From Candidatus Krumholzibacteriia bacterium (GTDB taxonomy: Bacteria > Krumholzibacteriota > Krumholzibacteriia > Krumholzibacteriales > Krumholzibacteriaceae), in contig CAWIIQ010000003.1 in the NCBI GenBank assembly GCA_963836185.1, positions 160,001 through 224,000 on the forward strand: a stretch of DNA of 64,000 bases, in the 5' to 3' direction. The position numbers and the translations under genes were made by a program. The notes beneath the pieces are model-generated. The model worked only from the letters and a program-made list of their open reading frames with translations, made no database searches and was not told the DNA's origin. Position 1 is the first letter of the stretch. Each line of letters opens with the position of its first letter. Of this stretch, positions 62,597-64,000 are shown piece by piece.

Positions 62597-63490
62597 CTAT
62601 GCCGGCGGGTTCTTTACCTCGAGGCCGTAATCGGTCAGCGCGGCCGCGAGCTTGACGAGATTGCCAGGGAGCATCCTGACAAGCGGCAGGCGGACGTTAC
62701 CTACGCCCATGCCGAGCATGTTCATCGCTTCCTTGACCGGCATCGGATTCGTCTCTATGAACATCGACTGGTTGAAGGGGAGGAGCTTGTAGTGCAGCTC
62801 GCGGGCCTTGTCGTGGTCCCCCTTCTCGAACGCCGATATCATCGCGCGTATATCCTTCGGGATGATGTTCCCCGAGACGCTTACGACACCCGTTCCGCCG
62901 ATCGTCAGGATCGGGTAGGTTATCGCATCGTCGCCCGACAGGAGGTTTATTCTTCCTTCGCAGAGCATGATGATCTCGGCCATCTGCTCTACCGAACCGC
63001 TCGCCTCTTTCACCGCCACGATAAGGTCGTGGTGCGAGAGCCTGGCTACGGTGGCCGGCTGCATGTTAAGGCCGGTCCTCCCGGGTACGTTATAGAGCAT
63101 CAGCGGAAGCTGGCCGTCGTCGGCGAGCTTCATGAAGTGCGCGTACAGCCCTTCCTGCGTCGGCTTGTTGTAGTAAGGGGTCACTACCATGGCGCCGTCC
63201 GCACCGAGTTCCTTGGCCTTCTGTATGTTCTCGATCGATTTTGTCGTCGAATTGGTGCCGCATCCGGCTACGACCTTGAGCTTTCCCGCCGCTTCCTCGA
63301 CGACGATCTCGATGATCCTGAAGTGCTCCTGCCAGGTATACGTGGGATTCTCGCTGGTGGTAGCGCAGGGGACCAGCCCATCGGTGCCGGCATCGATATG
63401 GAACCGGACCAGCTCGCGGAGCTTCTCTTCGTTCAGGTCTCCGTTCTCTTTAAATGGCGTAACGAGAGCAACATACAGACCTTTGAGCAT
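62597..63490 (-). CDS. dapA: 4-hydroxy-tetrahydrodipicolinate synthase
   Basis: ALVTPF, ATTSE, VTPYYNKP, LYNVPGRTG, VKEASG, SGDD, ETNP.PVK. Confidence 0.95.
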   Translation of the reverse strand: MLKGLYVALVTPFKENGDLNEEKLRELVRFHIDAGTDGLVPCATTSENPTYTWQEHFRIIEIVVEEAAGKLKVVAGCGTNSTTKSIENIQKAKELGADGAMVVTPYYNKPTQEGLYAHFMKLADDGQLPLMLYNVPGRTGLNMQPATVARLSHHDLIVAVKEASGSVEQMAEIIMLCEGRINLLSGDDAITYPILTIGGTGVVSVSGNIIPKDIRAMISAFEKGDHDKARELHYKLLPFNQSMFIETNPMPVKEAMNMLGMGVGNVRLPLVRMLPGNLVKLAAALTDYGLEVKNPPA

Positions 63491-63654
63491 AACACCCTCC
63501 TCCTTCATTCACAGCCCTGTCCGTGCAGTCGCGGACGCCCTCAAGCGGCTTTTCACCGCTCTCGGGCAAGACAGACTCTATTCCCACTCCAGTGGCGATG
63601 TCAAGATTAAGAGGAAGATATCCGACATAAAATGCCGCCGCTCGAAATTTCCTC

Positions 63655-63689
63655 TTGACAATAACCTAATATTATGATATCATGATATC
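63655..63689 (+). promoter_or_regulatory. Sigma70 promoter with overlapping palindromic operator
   Basis: TTGACA-N17-TATCAT with extended TG; perfect palindrome GATATCATGATATC at 63676-63689. Confidence 0.7.
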
Positions 63690-63692
63690 GTT

Positions 63693-64000
63693 ATGAGAGA
63701 GATAATGAAAGAAACGAAGGGAGCGGCGGTGTCGCCGGGACCGCTCAGGGAAGACGAGATCGAGAAGTCGGCCGAGATCCTCAAAGCTCTGGCCAACCCA
63801 GCGAGGCTTCGGCTCGTCAATATCCTTGTCGGTGGCGAAAGGACCGTTTCCCAGCTCTGCGAGATTTCCGGCCTGAAGCAGTCATGGTATCACAGCAGTT
63901 GAAAAATTTGAGGCTTAACGATATCGTAGAGCGCAGAAAAGAAGTTTCGAGGGTCTATTACAGGCTCAAGGAAAAGAACGTTGTAAACATGCTGAACTGC
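63693..64000 (+). CDS. ArsR/SmtB family regulator (frameshift near 63885, truncated by window end)
   Basis: LKALANPARLRL, E.TVSQL, QS; shifted frame VSQQLKNLR..IV..RK....YYRL. Confidence 0.85.

Noticed and set aside
1-64000. tRNA, rRNA, integrase, transposase or phage genes
   Set aside because: I recognised no cloverleaf, rRNA-like segment, or recombinase/transposase motif.

Overview
GC-rich chromosomal segment from an anaerobic, diderm, probably peptide-fermenting bacterium. The C-terminal 'TWGAIKSMY' tail of one protein suggests Krumholzibacteriota/Latescibacterota (inference from recall). Gene order: an iscS-iscU-nadA operon whose IscS lacks the PLP-binding lysine; a DUF1573-like gene read through an in-frame TGA (candidate selenoprotein, U-G-C) followed by a TlpA redoxin; a ~14 kb operon for an Mrp-linked group 4 [NiFe]-hydrogenase, led by an AsrA/AsrB-like NAD(P)H module and an Fdh-like subunit lacking its metal-ligand Cys; iorAB; an orphan reductive-dehalogenase-like gene; pyk, a candidate sigma54-driven sRNA and citD-E/citF/pckA; M1 and M16 peptidases; glgC; a Ser/Thr kinase-TPR protein; nadE; a 1.27 kb AT-richer single-gene insert flanked by 24-bp direct repeats; an Lrp / PLP gamma-lyase / hom / ALDH operon; dapAB; and a partial ArsR gene. 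Many conserved genes carry single-base frameshifts, most likely long-read or assembly errors. I found no rRNA, tRNA, CRISPR array or transposase.
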